From Candidatus Bathyarchaeota archaeon (lineage in GTDB: Archaea; Thermoproteota; Bathyarchaeia; 40CM-2-53-6), in NCBI GenBank assembly GCA_963706285.1, contig CAVPLU010000012.1:1-64000 (forward strand): a stretch of DNA of 64,000 nt. Reading direction: 5' to 3'. Of this stretch, positions 19,066-30,045 are shown piece after piece (positions within the stretch are counted from its first letter, which is position 1; the number at the start of each line of letters is the position of its first letter). The notes beneath the pieces were generated by a model. That model was not told the DNA's origin, searched no databases, and saw only the letters and a list, made by a program, of their open reading frames with translations. The position numbers and the translations under genes were made by a program.

Positions 19066-20845
19066 CTAAAGTCCCCAAATCGGATTCTGGCGACGTTTGA
19101 GTTGGACCAAGTTATTGATCAGTTCACTTTCTTCAGGATTGAGCTCAGCTGCAAATCGGGATTGAAGTATCTTCACATGCTTCTCTGGTATGTCAACTAC
19201 CAGGTTCTGTCCCTCAATCAAATTTCTTCCAAAGACTCCTTTGTCAATTGAGGCGGCAACTTGCATGCCCTTTGTTGCCTCTTGAAGGTCCTTGCCTTTG
19301 TCTTGGATTTGTTCGACTTCGCCAACACGTCGTCCATTCTCGTCCATGAGAGGGTATTTTGGTCGGATCCGACCGGCTAGCACCTCAACTCCAACAACGG
19401 CTGGTTTACTTCTTCTGAAGACGAAGCCGGGAATGACTTTGACGGATCCTGGTCTGATAAGGCTGTTCAATTCGGCTTTTACGCCGGCCGCGCGTTGCTG
19501 CTCATACCAATTCGTGTAGTCCTCGATCAAATGATAGATTATGTCCGCTTTGAAGATTGGAATGTTAGCACTAGTAGCCTCCTCTTGAGCATCCGGCAGA
19601 ATTCTAACGTTGAAGGCAAGTATTGCAGCATGCAACCTGTCGTCAACCCAGACAGCTTCGGCCTCCGCGATATCGCGTTTCGAAACGTCTCCCACATCGG
19701 CAAGTCTAAGCGGAATTCCATAGTTTGACAACGATGTGGTTATGGCTTCAAGTGAGCCCAACGTGTCCGTCTTGAGAATTACACCGTCTCGATCTGTTTG
19801 TATTCGGAGTTTCTCGACCTCTTCCTCTATCATCCGAGCGTACTCTTTGACGTTCTTGCCGTGAGGGATACCGTAGAGCGCCGATCCCGCCAAGGCGTTG
19901 TCGAGGTTTGGCGCCGCGATCTTCACTCCGGATGCGGCGGCTATTCGCTCGGCGCTCAGGAATTTGTCTCTGGGATCTCGTATCTCATCAAGAGGTTTCG
20001 GAATGAGAAGAGCCCGGACTTTTGTTATGATTGGCCCCTGCCTTCCTCCGAGTGCGATCGTGTCGTTGACTTTGAGAACTCCATCATAGACGATGGCGTT
20101 TATTGTCATGCCGAGGCCAGGTTCCTCTTTGACTTCGAGAACTGTCCCAAGCGCAGGGCCGGCTCTCACCTCCAACTTATCATGCATGTATGCCTGTGTC
20201 AAACCTGCGACAACCGCTAGGAGTTCTGGTATTCCCTCGCCCGTGCGAGCGCAGGTTGGAATTATCGCGACATCTTTCGTGAAATCTGTAATCCTATCGA
20301 ATCGCTCCGATCTGAAACCGAGTCTTGACAAAGCGCCCATTATCGTGTAGATGCGATTGTTAAGCTCGGTCTGGATCTCAGGTGCCTGCTGCTTGTAGGA
20401 TTCAAGGAACGGAGCAGCTAGGCGCGGACTTCCATCCTTTTATGAGGTCGACCTTGTTCGCGGCGACGACGAAAGGCGTCTTCCGACTCTTCAGGATATT
20501 CAAAGACTCGCTTGTCTGGGGCTCGACGCCCTTCGAGACATCGATGACCAGAACGGCTATGTCAGCTGCAGATCCGCCTCTACGCCTGAGATTGGAGAAT
20601 GTCTCATGCCCAGGGGTATCAATGAACAGTAGCCCCGGCACTTGTATTGTGATGTGAAATTGATCCAGCAGGGTTCCGCATGTCTCTTTGATGACGGCTG
20701 ATGGCAGCAGACTTGCGCCTATCCACTGAGTTATCTGCCCCGGTTCTCGGGATGCAACAGATGTGCCTCTGATCTTGTCAAGAAGTGTTGTCTTTCCGTG
20801 ATCCACGTGACCCAACACGGCCACGATTGGTTGTCGCAGAGGCAT
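19066..20845 (-). CDS. infB: Translation initiation factor aIF5B (IF-2), with apparent +1 frameshift near 20412
   Basis: [27 protein letters not shown]; alternate frame [15 protein letters not shown] joins the two ORFs. Confidence 0.95.
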
Positions 20846-21000
20846 CTTCCATCATCACTGGCTAGCCATCGCTTGATGAAGACCGATCTCTCTTAAACGT
20901 TTGAGATAAAGATCGGAATACGTGATAGGGCGGACCTGCGCGTGTTTGCACTTTGCACTTTTATTCGGCGATGCATTCTAGCAGCCAAGGTTCCGTTCTT

Positions 21001-23871
21001 ATGAGCGCTGTCGAGGCGGATGCGTTCTCTCTACTCGCAAAACCGGTCCTCGAAGCAGTGCATGAACGCGGTTTTGCTTCACCAACGGAGTCGCAAGCAC
21101 AAGCTATCCCGAAAATCCTCGACGGCAACAACGTCCTGCTGATCTCACCCACTGCCTCCGGAAAGACTGAAGCAGCAGTACTTCCCATTCTGAGTCGCTA
21201 TATCACCTCGAAGACTGATGAGCCCGGAATTGCTATCTTGTACATTTCCCCGCTCCGCGCACTCAACCGTGACCTGCTCCAGAGACTTGAATGGTGGTGC
21301 CACCGCGTAGACATTAGGGTCGCGGTCAGACACGGCGATACCGAGACGAAAGAGCGCGGAATGCAGTCACATAACCCCCCCGACATGCTGATCCTTACAC
21401 CTGAAACCTTGCAGGCCATCATGCCCGGCAGGATAATGCGGAAGAATCTTCGCAAGGTTGCGTACGTGATAGTGGACGAGGTACACGAACTTGCGGAGGA
21501 CAAACGCGGAAGCCAACTAGCACTTGCGCTCGAAAGACTCCGATGGATAATAGGAAGAGACTTCCAGATAGTTGGGCTCTCAGCGACGATCGGAACACCA
21601 GAGAGAGTTGCTGAATTCCTCGCCGGAGCTAATCGTCCAGTCAACATAGTTCGTGTTCCAGTAGGACGCAGGATAAGCGTGAAGGTGGAGCTGCCTCAGT
21701 CTAATGCTGAGAGCTCTCGACTTGCGAAGAGACTATTCACTCATCCTGAAGTCGCAGCACGTTTGAAGCTCATGCGAGATATCATCGACAAACACCAGTC
21801 AGTGATCCTGTTCACGAACACTCGTGCGGTCGCGGAGGTCTTGGCAAGTCGATTCAAGATCTGGGACATGGACTTTCCCATCTCGATCCATCATGGGTCG
21901 CTGGCCAAACCATCACGCGTGACAGCCGAGCAGGGGCTAAAGACTGGTGATCTGAAGGCACTTGTTGCGACATCATCGCTTGAACTTGGGATAGACATTG
22001 GAAGAATCGACTTTGTGATACAGTACATGAGCCCGCGTCAAGTGACGCGACTCATCCAGCGAGTGGGAAGAAGCGGACACAGCGTTGGCCGCGTCGCGGA
22101 GGGAGTGATCATCGCGATGGATTCAGATGATGCCCTTGAGGCGCTGGCAATAGCTCGACGAGCCATGCGAGAAGAGCTCGAGCCTGTCGAGGTGCCCGAG
22201 AAACCACTTGATGTGTTGACTCACCAGATCGTTGGTCTATTGACACAGAAGAGCCGCTGGTACATCCTCGAAATTCTCGACATCTTCAAGAATGCAGGTC
22301 CATACAAAAATCTCACGGAGTCAGATCTAACGAGAATCGCTGAGTATATGCATTCGCGTTTTCCGAGGCTTTGCTGGTTTTCCCCTCAGGATCAAATTAT
22401 GCTTCGCCCGCGTCGACTCAAGGACATATACACATACTATTTTGGGAAGCTTTCTATGATCCCCGATGAGAAGCAGTACTTGGTCGTTGACAGTTCAGGT
22501 AACTCACCGGTCGGAGTTCTGGACGAAGCATTTGTTGCAGAATACGGCGCCCCCGGAACGAAGTTCATTGTGCGCGGAAGCCCCTGGAAAATGGAGAGCA
22601 TTAGGGGAGAAACGATCTACGTTCGATCAACAAATGATCCTACAGGCGCAATACCAAGCTGGATAGGGGAAGAGATTCCGGTACCCTACGAAGTCGCAGC
22701 CGAAGTGGGAGAGATTCGCAGGCGCGTAGTTGCAGGACTCCGAAATGGGAAAGGCAGAGAAGCAATTTCGCTCGAATTGTCACAGCAATATCCCTGCGAT
22801 GCAGATACAATGAAGGCGGCCCTGTCAGAGACATTCGATCAAGCAGCTCTAGACGTGGAAGTCCCAACAGACGCGATTATTACTCTTGAGGACTGGGACG
22901 AGTACGTTGTCGTCTGCTGTCATCTCGGGCTACTCGTCAACCGGACGCTTGCTAGGGTGGTCGGATACATCTTGTCAGAAGATGCCGGCTCTACCATTGG
23001 GGTTCAACAGGATGCATATCGAATCATAATTCAATCAGCTGGCGCTGCAGATGCCACTCGAATCGCAGATGTGCTTCGTAGGCTCGGCGACATGGACGTT
23101 GAGGATTTGGCGAGGAAAGCGTCTGTGAAGACTGGTATGTTCAAACGCAGAATGGTTCATGTTGCAAAGCGATTTGGGGCCATTTCCAGATGGGTAGACC
23201 TCAGCAGCGTGCGACTTGGACGACTGATGAAGACCTTTGAAGGCACAGTGATCGCTGAAGAGACGCTTAACGAGACCCTGAGAAAGGACCTAGACCTTAC
23301 GAATACGAGGCGGGTGCTTCTTGCCATACGCGAAGGGACGATCAAGCTGATCGTGCATCACGAATTGCAGGAGTTGACCCCCGTAGCAAAACTCGGGATC
23401 GAACGCATCAGTATGAAGACGGATCTGATCCCTTCGGATAAGATGAAACGTATTCTCATCGAGTCCGCCCGCGCGAGAATAATGAACGAATCTAGAACGT
23501 TCGTATGCACGACATGCTGGAAATACAGCGAGATCAGACGAATTCGCGACCTAGACAGCACTGTCACATGCCCCAAATGTGCGTCCAAGTCAGTTGGCGT
23601 TCTCTCCTATGGTCCCGAAGACGTTGAATCCGTCATGAAAAGAAAGGGTAGAGCAGTATCAAAATTCGACAAACGTTTGGTCGATGTGCTATTGGAATCT
23701 GCAGAAATTGTTCGGAAATGTGGAAAGACAGCTGTGGTTGTACAGGCGGGACGACGAATACAACCCGGCGACGCTAAAAAGATTCTACGCAAGGAAAAGC
23801 ACGTTTCAGACAGACTCTTCGAATTGATAATGCAAGCCGAACGTGACGCCTTGAAGAGAAGATTTCTATAG
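21001..23871 (+). CDS. Lhr-like SF2 helicase
   Basis: SPTASGKT, YISPLRALN, DEVH, GLSAT, HHGSL, TSSLELGID, QRVGRSGH, C-terminal Zn finger. Confidence 0.93.
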   Translation: MSAVEADAFSLLAKPVLEAVHERGFASPTESQAQAIPKILDGNNVLLISPTASGKTEAAVLPILSRYITSKTDEPGIAILYISPLRALNRDLLQRLEWWCHRVDIRVAVRHGDTETKERGMQSHNPPDMLILTPETLQAIMPGRIMRKNLRKVAYVIVDEVHELAEDKRGSQLALALERLRWIIGRDFQIVGLSATIGTPERVAEFLAGANRPVNIVRVPVGRRISVKVELPQSNAESSRLAKRLFTHPEVAARLKLMRDIIDKHQSVILFTNTRAVAEVLASRFKIWDMDFPISIHHGSLAKPSRVTAEQGLKTGDLKALVATSSLELGIDIGRIDFVIQYMSPRQVTRLIQRVGRSGHSVGRVAEGVIIAMDSDDALEALAIARRAMREELEPVEVPEKPLDVLTHQIVGLLTQKSRWYILEILDIFKNAGPYKNLTESDLTRIAEYMHSRFPRLCWFSPQDQIMLRPRRLKDIYTYYFGKLSMIPDEKQYLVVDSSGNSPVGVLDEAFVAEYGAPGTKFIVRGSPWKMESIRGETIYVRSTNDPTGAIPSWIGEEIPVPYEVAAEVGEIRRRVVAGLRNGKGREAISLELSQQYPCDADTMKAALSETFDQAALDVEVPTDAIITLEDWDEYVVVCCHLGLLVNRTLARVVGYILSEDAGSTIGVQQDAYRIIIQSAGAADATRIADVLRRLGDMDVEDLARKASVKTGMFKRRMVHVAKRFGAISRWVDLSSVRLGRLMKTFEGTVIAEETLNETLRKDLDLTNTRRVLLAIREGTIKLIVHHELQELTPVAKLGIERISMKTDLIPSDKMKRILIESARARIMNESRTFVCTTCWKYSEIRRIRDLDSTVTCPKCASKSVGVLSYGPEDVESVMKRKGRAVSKFDKRLVDVLLESAEIVRKCGKTAVVVQAGRRIQPGDAKKILRKEKHVSDRLFELIMQAERDALKRRFL

Positions 23872-23951
23872 AATTGATGGATCTAAGTGCCTCAGCGAAG
23901 ACCGATACCTTTAGACCGCATCCGATGGCATTATCGTGATACGATTCGTGA

Positions 23952-24152
23952 ATGGCCATCATCTTGGATGGGACCTCTCTAAGAATCGAAGACGTTGTGC
24001 GCGTTAATGTCGAGACGCACGGATTTGTGAGGAAAGTCGTATCCAAACTTCAGGAAGACAGGGAGATATCGAGCGACATCAAGAACCTGACGAACACTTT
24101 GCGCGAGAACGGTTCACTTGAATCGAGTAGAAGCGAGGCCTTTCCTGTCTGA
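23952..24152 (+). CDS. Short hypothetical ORF or gene remnant
   Basis: 66 aa; first ~18 residues resemble histidine ammonia-lyase N-termini. Confidence 0.3.
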   Translation: MAIILDGTSLRIEDVVRVNVETHGFVRKVVSKLQEDREISSDIKNLTNTLRENGSLESSRSEAFPV

Positions 24153-24156
24153 CTTC

Positions 24157-25146
24157 TTAGAGACCTCTAATCTGCTGACTTAACTCGGGCATCTGATAGC
24201 TGAATTCGACTACGACGAACTGACTAAGAATCCAGTAGTCTTTCCCACCAGAGTACAGGTTCTTCACGGCTTGATACTGACTTCTTGCCTTGTCTTCACT
24301 ATCAAATGATAGGGCAATTTGCGCCGCGACCGAACCGGATGTACTGCTCACGGTCTTCATGGCCGCGCTTGCTCCCTCGATTTGTGTTGGAAAAGCAGCA
24401 ACAAAGAACGCCAAGTAGTCATCATTTCCTCCCGAGGCATATAGTGCAGTACGGGCAGACTCTGAGGAAAACAGTTGACTTGGTGAATAATCAGTTGTGT
24501 CAAGGATCTGGATCAGATAGTTTGTTGATCCGGTTCCCTCAGCGAATACTATGTGTTCGTGCGCTATTGCCAAAGTCGCGGATACTAGCTGAGTCTGTCG
24601 CTCCCTGTGGCGAATGAGAACATCGAAGATTGTGTAGCTATTATGGGATGTCCTCCGGAGAGTCGTCGATGATTGCAGGGACTCTTTGAAGTCCTGCAGC
24701 TCCAGTGAATCAATCTTGAGAACGCTGACCGTCGGCAACGCTTCTTGCGAGTCCTTGCTGGGAAGGGTCAGTGCGAGCTCATACTCAATGGAATTGGGAT
24801 AGATGACAAGCGGAGGAGAGTATGTCTCAAAAAGAGGATCAGCTCCGAAAAGGCTCTGGTTCCCACTTGCCTCGATGCAAGCGTGATATTCAACATAAGC
24901 GACAAACTGAACGGAGCTGGGGACAAAAACCATCCAACTCTGATTTCTAAACGGAACAGTAGTTGGCAGAGTCTCGACCCTGGGCTGAAGAGCAACGTAT
25001 GAGGCGACTACGATGACCGAAAGCAAGGTGAATGTGATGAGCATCGAGTACAATCTAACCCGGTGCCGCTGTTTCGGTTTCTCTTTCCTCGGTGAAGATG
25101 ATTTCGCTGTCCGTTTCCGTCCAGCGACTGTTATTAGCAGGCACAA
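24157..25146 (-). CDS. Membrane-anchored hypothetical protein
   Basis: Basic N-terminus, one TM helix, ~270-aa extracellular region. Confidence 0.75.
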   Translation of the reverse strand: MCLLITVAGRKRTAKSSSPRKEKPKQRHRVRLYSMLITFTLLSVIVVASYVALQPRVETLPTTVPFRNQSWMVFVPSSVQFVAYVEYHACIEASGNQSLFGADPLFETYSPPLVIYPNSIEYELALTLPSKDSQEALPTVSVLKIDSLELQDFKESLQSSTTLRRTSHNSYTIFDVLIRHRERQTQLVSATLAIAHEHIVFAEGTGSTNYLIQILDTTDYSPSQLFSSESARTALYASGGNDDYLAFFVAAFPTQIEGASAAMKTVSSTSGSVAAQIALSFDSEDKARSQYQAVKNLYSGGKDYWILSQFVVVEFSYQMPELSQQIRGL

Positions 25147-25167
25147 CCACCCGTCTATCGATACTGC

Positions 25168-25526
25168 TTGTCGTATTTCAGATCAATCCGAAAAGGATTG
25201 TTGGTCGCGGGAACTATCTTCCTCGCTGATTTGCTGATCGGCGCGGTCCTCATTCCAGCGAGACTATTTGCTCTTGGAATTGTTGGCGACTTCCTGCTTG
25301 TAGAAGTAGGTCTGCTTGCTATCCTAGGCGGGCTCGTCGAATTTTCTAGGTCAAAAGGCGTCTACGAAATTCGCCGCATCACCCTCCTCTCAAAGGAGGA
25401 GTTTTCCACTCAAAGCATGATGAGGCTTCGAGGAGAGCTCTGGTCCTCTTCTCTGCGGCCTTGACTCTCTTCGTGCTCTTGCTCGTTCTTACCCTGATTG
25501 AGTCACAATTCCAGACTCTACGATAG
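25168..25526 (+). CDS. Small membrane protein (3 TM), apparent -1 frameshift near 25412
   Basis: Two hydrophobic helices, then frame change to HDEASRRALVLFSAALTLFVLLLVL ending TAG 25526. Confidence 0.6.
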
Positions 25527-25540
25527 TCGCTAACGAATCA

Positions 25541-25575
25541 GAAAAAGAAAGGGTAAGGGTGCCGGGAAGGCACCC
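25541..25575 (-). terminator. Stem-loop plus U-rich tract after the SBP gene
   Basis: GGGTGCC/GGCACCC 7-bp stem (25557-25575), followed on the minus strand by TTACCCTTTCTTTTTC. Confidence 0.6.
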
Positions 25576-25580
25576 ACGTT

Positions 25581-27953
25581 CTACTTCGCGACTGTCTCTG
25601 GTGGTTTTCTTCGCCTCATCGCCAATACTGCAATGACGACGAGCACAACGACGATTGCCAGCACTCCTACTGCATCATTCATGACAGTAGATATGGCGAT
25701 TGGATCGGTTAGTGTCGGAGGAACAAGTCCCAAGCCACCGCCCGCGGTCTGGCCTTCGTTGATGTAGGCATTGGCTTGATCCACGCTGAACGACTTGCCT
25801 GCGTAGGTTTCGTTCATCGCGTATCCTGTGAAGTTCGCTCTGTAGTAGGCTGAGCCGAAGAGTGGTCCGGGAACTGAGACATCGTAGTTGCCTGACATGT
25901 CAGCTGTTCCTGCACCCACGGGCTGCCAGTTCTGTTGGTCTGTTGACTCTTGTATCACAACGATCATTCCCGCAACAGACGTGTATCCCTTGACTCTCGT
26001 TCCCAAAGTCAAGACTGGTGTTCCAGAGGGCGCTATCAGTGCAGGTGGCGTTATTGAGACGCTATAGCCAGCGGCTTTCAGCAAGTCAGCTGCTGCTTGT
26101 GGGTCGTAGGTATCTGCTTTCAACGTGGGATCATAGAATGGGCCAAACCCTGGGCCAACACAGGTTGACACCGCAACGCCGGAGCCAGCCACTAGTTGGT
26201 CGATTATCATCTGCCTTGGTATCAGGTGGCTGATCGCCTTTCGGATGCTTCGTGCCGCATCTGCAGCTTTGGACGGATCCGCTTTTCCTGCAGGTGTATC
26301 AACGCCTGTGCCGAATACTGGGTGACGCATGTTGAAGCCCATCTCTTGCCAGCCCAATTCAACGGCAGTGATGAGGTTTACCCCCATATCCTGCAGTGTC
26401 TTCTTGTCGCGGGCAAGCTGGTAGTTGTAATCTAAGACGTTCACTTCATGATTCTTCAGAGCCGCAATTGCAGCGTCCTTGCTCTCTATCCAGACGACCT
26501 TGTAGGTTTCAACAGAGTACATTCCCTGGGCTTCGAGATTGGCTCTGTCCCAGAACTTGTCAAACTTCTTCATAGTCGCCAAGTTCCTGGTGAAATCAAA
26601 ACTTTGCATTATGTATGGTCCAGCGCCGACGGGACCGACCGCCTTGTAGGATCCTGATCCTCCATACTTGTTGGTGTCCCATGTGTAGGTAGCACCTGCA
26701 GCCTCGGCTGTGCTGAATGGTTGAGAGTCCCATGTTGCAGGGTCGAATTTCTCGTAGATATGCTTGGGCAGGATTCCGGTTGTTTGCCCTGCATAGACTT
26801 GGTATGCGAAAGCATAAGGCTCCGGCATTGTGAACTGCCATGTGTATTTGTCGACGGCCTTCCAGGCACCTTTTCTGACCGGTTCGTCGGGTGTAGCCTT
26901 ATTGTCATAGGTCTTCGTTGTTCCGTTCAACCATGTGAAGTCCACTACGTTTCCAAGATACTGAATGCCACTTCCAAGGCCTACGGAAGCGGCTGCCGGA
27001 TTGAGAACCGACGCCTGGGTGAACAATACATCGTCGGCCGTCATCTCAACGCCGCTGTGGAAGAGCACGCCCTGCTTCATCTTGATTGTCCATGTCAGGC
27101 CATCAGGGCTACTCTTGATGTCCGTGGCAATCGCGTTCTTGAAGCTGTTATCTTTCCCGTCGATGTACAGCATTCCTGCGTCTGAGAAGCATATGGCACC
27201 GTAGATGTAGAGTGCGTAGAAGCTATTCGAACTCGCAGTCTGAATTGGATTCAGAGTGCTACCGGGGAAGACGTTACTGACTTCAGCAAAAGTCAGTTCC
27301 TTTCCACCGCTCCAGCGTTCTACGTCTGGGAATGTAACCTCGTTGTAGACGTTCTTGTCACCCCAGGCAGACCACGCTTGGTCGCGCGGAATTATATCCA
27401 CAGGCGTGTAGATGTAGTTGTATGGAGCGTCGTCGAACAGTATTTTCGTCCATTGCTTTGTTAGGGCGACCTGCTTTGACACGTCGGTTGACTTGTACAA
27501 TTCATCGAAGATCGCGTTCATTTTGTCATTGTTGTAGAGTGCGTAGTTGTTGCCGGCGGGAGCCAGATATGCTGGTCTGCCGTCGAAATTGCTTCTGAAG
27601 TCAGGCACTGGACTAGTGAATCCCCAACCAATGAATCCGATATCGTATCCGCCCTTGTCGAACGTATTGCCCGGGTCGGTGTTGAGGAAGAACATTCTGT
27701 TCTGTAGTTGGTCAAAGTTCATGTAGAATACCCTGGCGTTAATGCCCATGGACTGCATTCCACTCGCGATTATTGTGGCATATTGTCGACGCACCGGGTT
27801 ACCGGTCGACGCAATCATTGTGACTGGGAACAGAGATGATTGTTGTGCGGCAACAGTTGTGAACATAACTGCTGCAGTTGTTGAGATCGTTAGAAACAGT
27901 AGTGTTCCAAGAATTATTCCCTTAGTTGTTTCATGGAAGATGTTTTTTGGCAT
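25581..27953 (-). CDS. ABC transporter family-5 (Dpp/Opp) solute-binding protein, apparently circularly permuted, C-terminal TM anchor
   Basis: Signal peptide; SPDGLTWT..K.GV.FHSG..MTADDV.FT, ILPKHI, GAGPY, IRKAI, YDP..A..LLK.AG; TM + RRRK tail. Confidence 0.9.
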   Translation of the reverse strand: MPKNIFHETTKGIILGTLLFLTISTTAAVMFTTVAAQQSSLFPVTMIASTGNPVRRQYATIIASGMQSMGINARVFYMNFDQLQNRMFFLNTDPGNTFDKGGYDIGFIGWGFTSPVPDFRSNFDGRPAYLAPAGNNYALYNNDKMNAIFDELYKSTDVSKQVALTKQWTKILFDDAPYNYIYTPVDIIPRDQAWSAWGDKNVYNEVTFPDVERWSGGKELTFAEVSNVFPGSTLNPIQTASSNSFYALYIYGAICFSDAGMLYIDGKDNSFKNAIATDIKSSPDGLTWTIKMKQGVLFHSGVEMTADDVLFTQASVLNPAAASVGLGSGIQYLGNVVDFTWLNGTTKTYDNKATPDEPVRKGAWKAVDKYTWQFTMPEPYAFAYQVYAGQTTGILPKHIYEKFDPATWDSQPFSTAEAAGATYTWDTNKYGGSGSYKAVGPVGAGPYIMQSFDFTRNLATMKKFDKFWDRANLEAQGMYSVETYKVVWIESKDAAIAALKNHEVNVLDYNYQLARDKKTLQDMGVNLITAVELGWQEMGFNMRHPVFGTGVDTPAGKADPSKAADAARSIRKAISHLIPRQMIIDQLVAGSGVAVSTCVGPGFGPFYDPTLKADTYDPQAAADLLKAAGYSVSITPPALIAPSGTPVLTLGTRVKGYTSVAGMIVVIQESTDQQNWQPVGAGTADMSGNYDVSVPGPLFGSAYYRANFTGYAMNETYAGKSFSVDQANAYINEGQTAGGGLGLVPPTLTDPIAISTVMNDAVGVLAIVVVLVVIAVLAMRRRKPPETVAK

Positions 27954-28137
27954 TTTCCATCGACTGACGGTAGTCCCGGGGAGGCCTTATTATGGTTTGT
28001 CACGTGAAGCCCTTGCACTGCATTACCGTTCTTGGAATGCAGGTAGGTCTCCGCGCTTCTGATCCCTGAAATCTGCATGCCTAGGAACCAAGATATAGGA
28101 GGGCGCCAGCGTTTCCTAACCTAGCGGGGGAACACCT

Positions 28138-29107
28138 TTGGCTGGCTACACCCGTTACATTATCAGACGCTTACTTTTCATGATCCCGGTATTCCTGGGC
28201 GTTTCCATACTCACATTTGCAGTGGGCAACGCTGCAGGCGATCCAATTGCTCTGATCCGTATCGGACTGAAGAATCCTAGCCCTGTTGTCCTTGAAGCTC
28301 TGAGGAAATACTATCATCTCGACCAACCAGTGCATATCAGGTTTCTGATGTGGCTTTGGAACCTTCTGCACGGTGATCTTGGAACATCTGTAACAGGTAG
28401 GTCGGTGGCGAGCCAAATCGGAATCTGGACCTTTACCACACTTGAACTCCAACTGTTGGCCCTTATTCTTGCGATAGCGATTGGAATTCCAGTCGGCGTA
28501 CTATCGGCTAAGCGTCAGTATTCCAAAGTGGATTATGCCGTGACGACTATTGCAATATTTGGATATTCAATGCCAACATTCTGGCTGGGAATTATGTTGA
28601 TCATAGTTTTCTCCTTCACATTAGGATGGCTGCCAAGCAGCGGGTCAGTCGGAGTTACCTTTCTCTGGGGTGGAAACGCAATATTCGACCACTTGGCGCA
28701 CCTCGTGCTTGCCTGTCTTTGTCCTGACGTACGTGGAGGTCGCTACTTTCGTTCGTTTGGTCAGAAGCAACATGCTTGAGGTTCTGAGGCAGGACTACGT
28801 TCTGGCGGCGAGGTCAAGTGGTCTGTCAGACAGAACTGTGACTTACAGATATGCGCTCAGAAATGCAATAACACCCGTCGTGACGGTTGCTGCGCTAACA
28901 TTCGGAGGCTCACTAGGTGGAGCGCCTGCCCTCGAGACAGCTTTCAGTTGGCCTGGGCTTGGTTTCGCCTTTACACGAGCAGCACTTAATTTGGATATTC
29001 CTCTCGTGCAAGGAATCACAATAGTGATCACAATGATGGTTCTGGTGGCAAACCTGATCCTAGACCTGACCTATGCCCTTCTTGACCCAAGGGTGAGGGT
29101 TCAATGA
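28138..29107 (+). CDS. dppB: Peptide ABC transporter permease DppB/OppB, apparent +1 frameshift near 28711
   Basis: YIIRRL, GDLGTS, MPTFWLG, then LPVFVL..RSNMLEVL.QDYV..ARS.G, LDPR. Confidence 0.92.
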
Positions 29108-30042
29108 ATACACCAGATTCCAAACTGCCGGCTCAAACCATGGTAACCAAGGTAGCCTCGAAGACGCACCGTCGTTCTGCGTCGCAGTGGGCCGTTGCAT
29201 GGAGAAGATTCAAGCGGAACAAATCTGGACTGGCTGGAATGTTCATTGTGGGATTCTTCGCGTTCGTAGCGTTGGCATCGCCTTGGCTTGCACCCTATCC
29301 ACCGCGGAGCTACGCCTTACTCTACGCGGGACAAGGAGGAAACCCTCCATCGTGGCAACATCCTTTTGGCGTCGAACCGTCAGGCATTGACGTGTTCAGC
29401 GAAGTGATCCACGGAACCAGAAATGACCTCTACGTCGGCGTTGCAGCAACGCTTCTAACCGTCATAATAGGCGTCGGCATCGGTGCACTTGCCGGATACT
29501 TCAAGGGACTCGCTTCAGACATTATCCTCGGCATCACACAAGTGTTCTTCGTCATACCCACACTTTTGCTCATCCTGCTATTCGCGAGAGTTTTCTCAGT
29601 GCTTGTGTTTGCCGGCCTCGGGCTGACGTTAATCGTCTTGATTCTAGGGTTCTTCGGATGGTCCTATGTGACGTTTCTAGTTCGAGGAGAGATACTTAGG
29701 GTCAAGGAACTTGAGTTCATCCAAGCTGAGAGAGGACTTGGCGCTAGTACTTGGAGAATCATGTTCCGACATATCGTGCCAAACGTCTTGTCTCCAGTGA
29801 TTGTCGTTGCGACTCTGAACATCGCTGGTTACATACTAACCGAGGTCGTTATCAGCTTCCTTGGTTTCGGCGACCCCAACACGTCAACTTGGGGGCTTCT
29901 GATCAACGAGGGATTCACTTATGTCCGAACGGAATGGTGGGTCTCAGTCTTCCCGGGACTAGCAGTCGTACTTTGCGTTCTCGGATTCAACCTAATGGGT
30001 GATGGCCTCTCGGATGCGCTTAACCCAAGGCTGCGTGAATAG
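29104..30042 (+). CDS. dppC: Peptide ABC transporter permease DppC/OppC
   Basis: PPS..HPFG...G.DVFS, EFI.A...GAS..RIMFRHI.PN, FNL.GDGL.DAL.PR. Confidence 0.95.
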   Translation: MNTPDSKLPAQTMVTKVASKTHRRSASQWAVAWRRFKRNKSGLAGMFIVGFFAFVALASPWLAPYPPRSYALLYAGQGGNPPSWQHPFGVEPSGIDVFSEVIHGTRNDLYVGVAATLLTVIIGVGIGALAGYFKGLASDIILGITQVFFVIPTLLLILLFARVFSVLVFAGLGLTLIVLILGFFGWSYVTFLVRGEILRVKELEFIQAERGLGASTWRIMFRHIVPNVLSPVIVVATLNIAGYILTEVVISFLGFGDPNTSTWGLLINEGFTYVRTEWWVSVFPGLAVVLCVLGFNLMGDGLSDALNPRLRE

Positions 30043-30045
30043 AAA

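Noticed and set aside
20402-20425. Split infB as programmed frameshift, intein or intron
   Set aside because: A single extra base restores the expected length; no slippery site or BHB; same pattern as the other probable errors.
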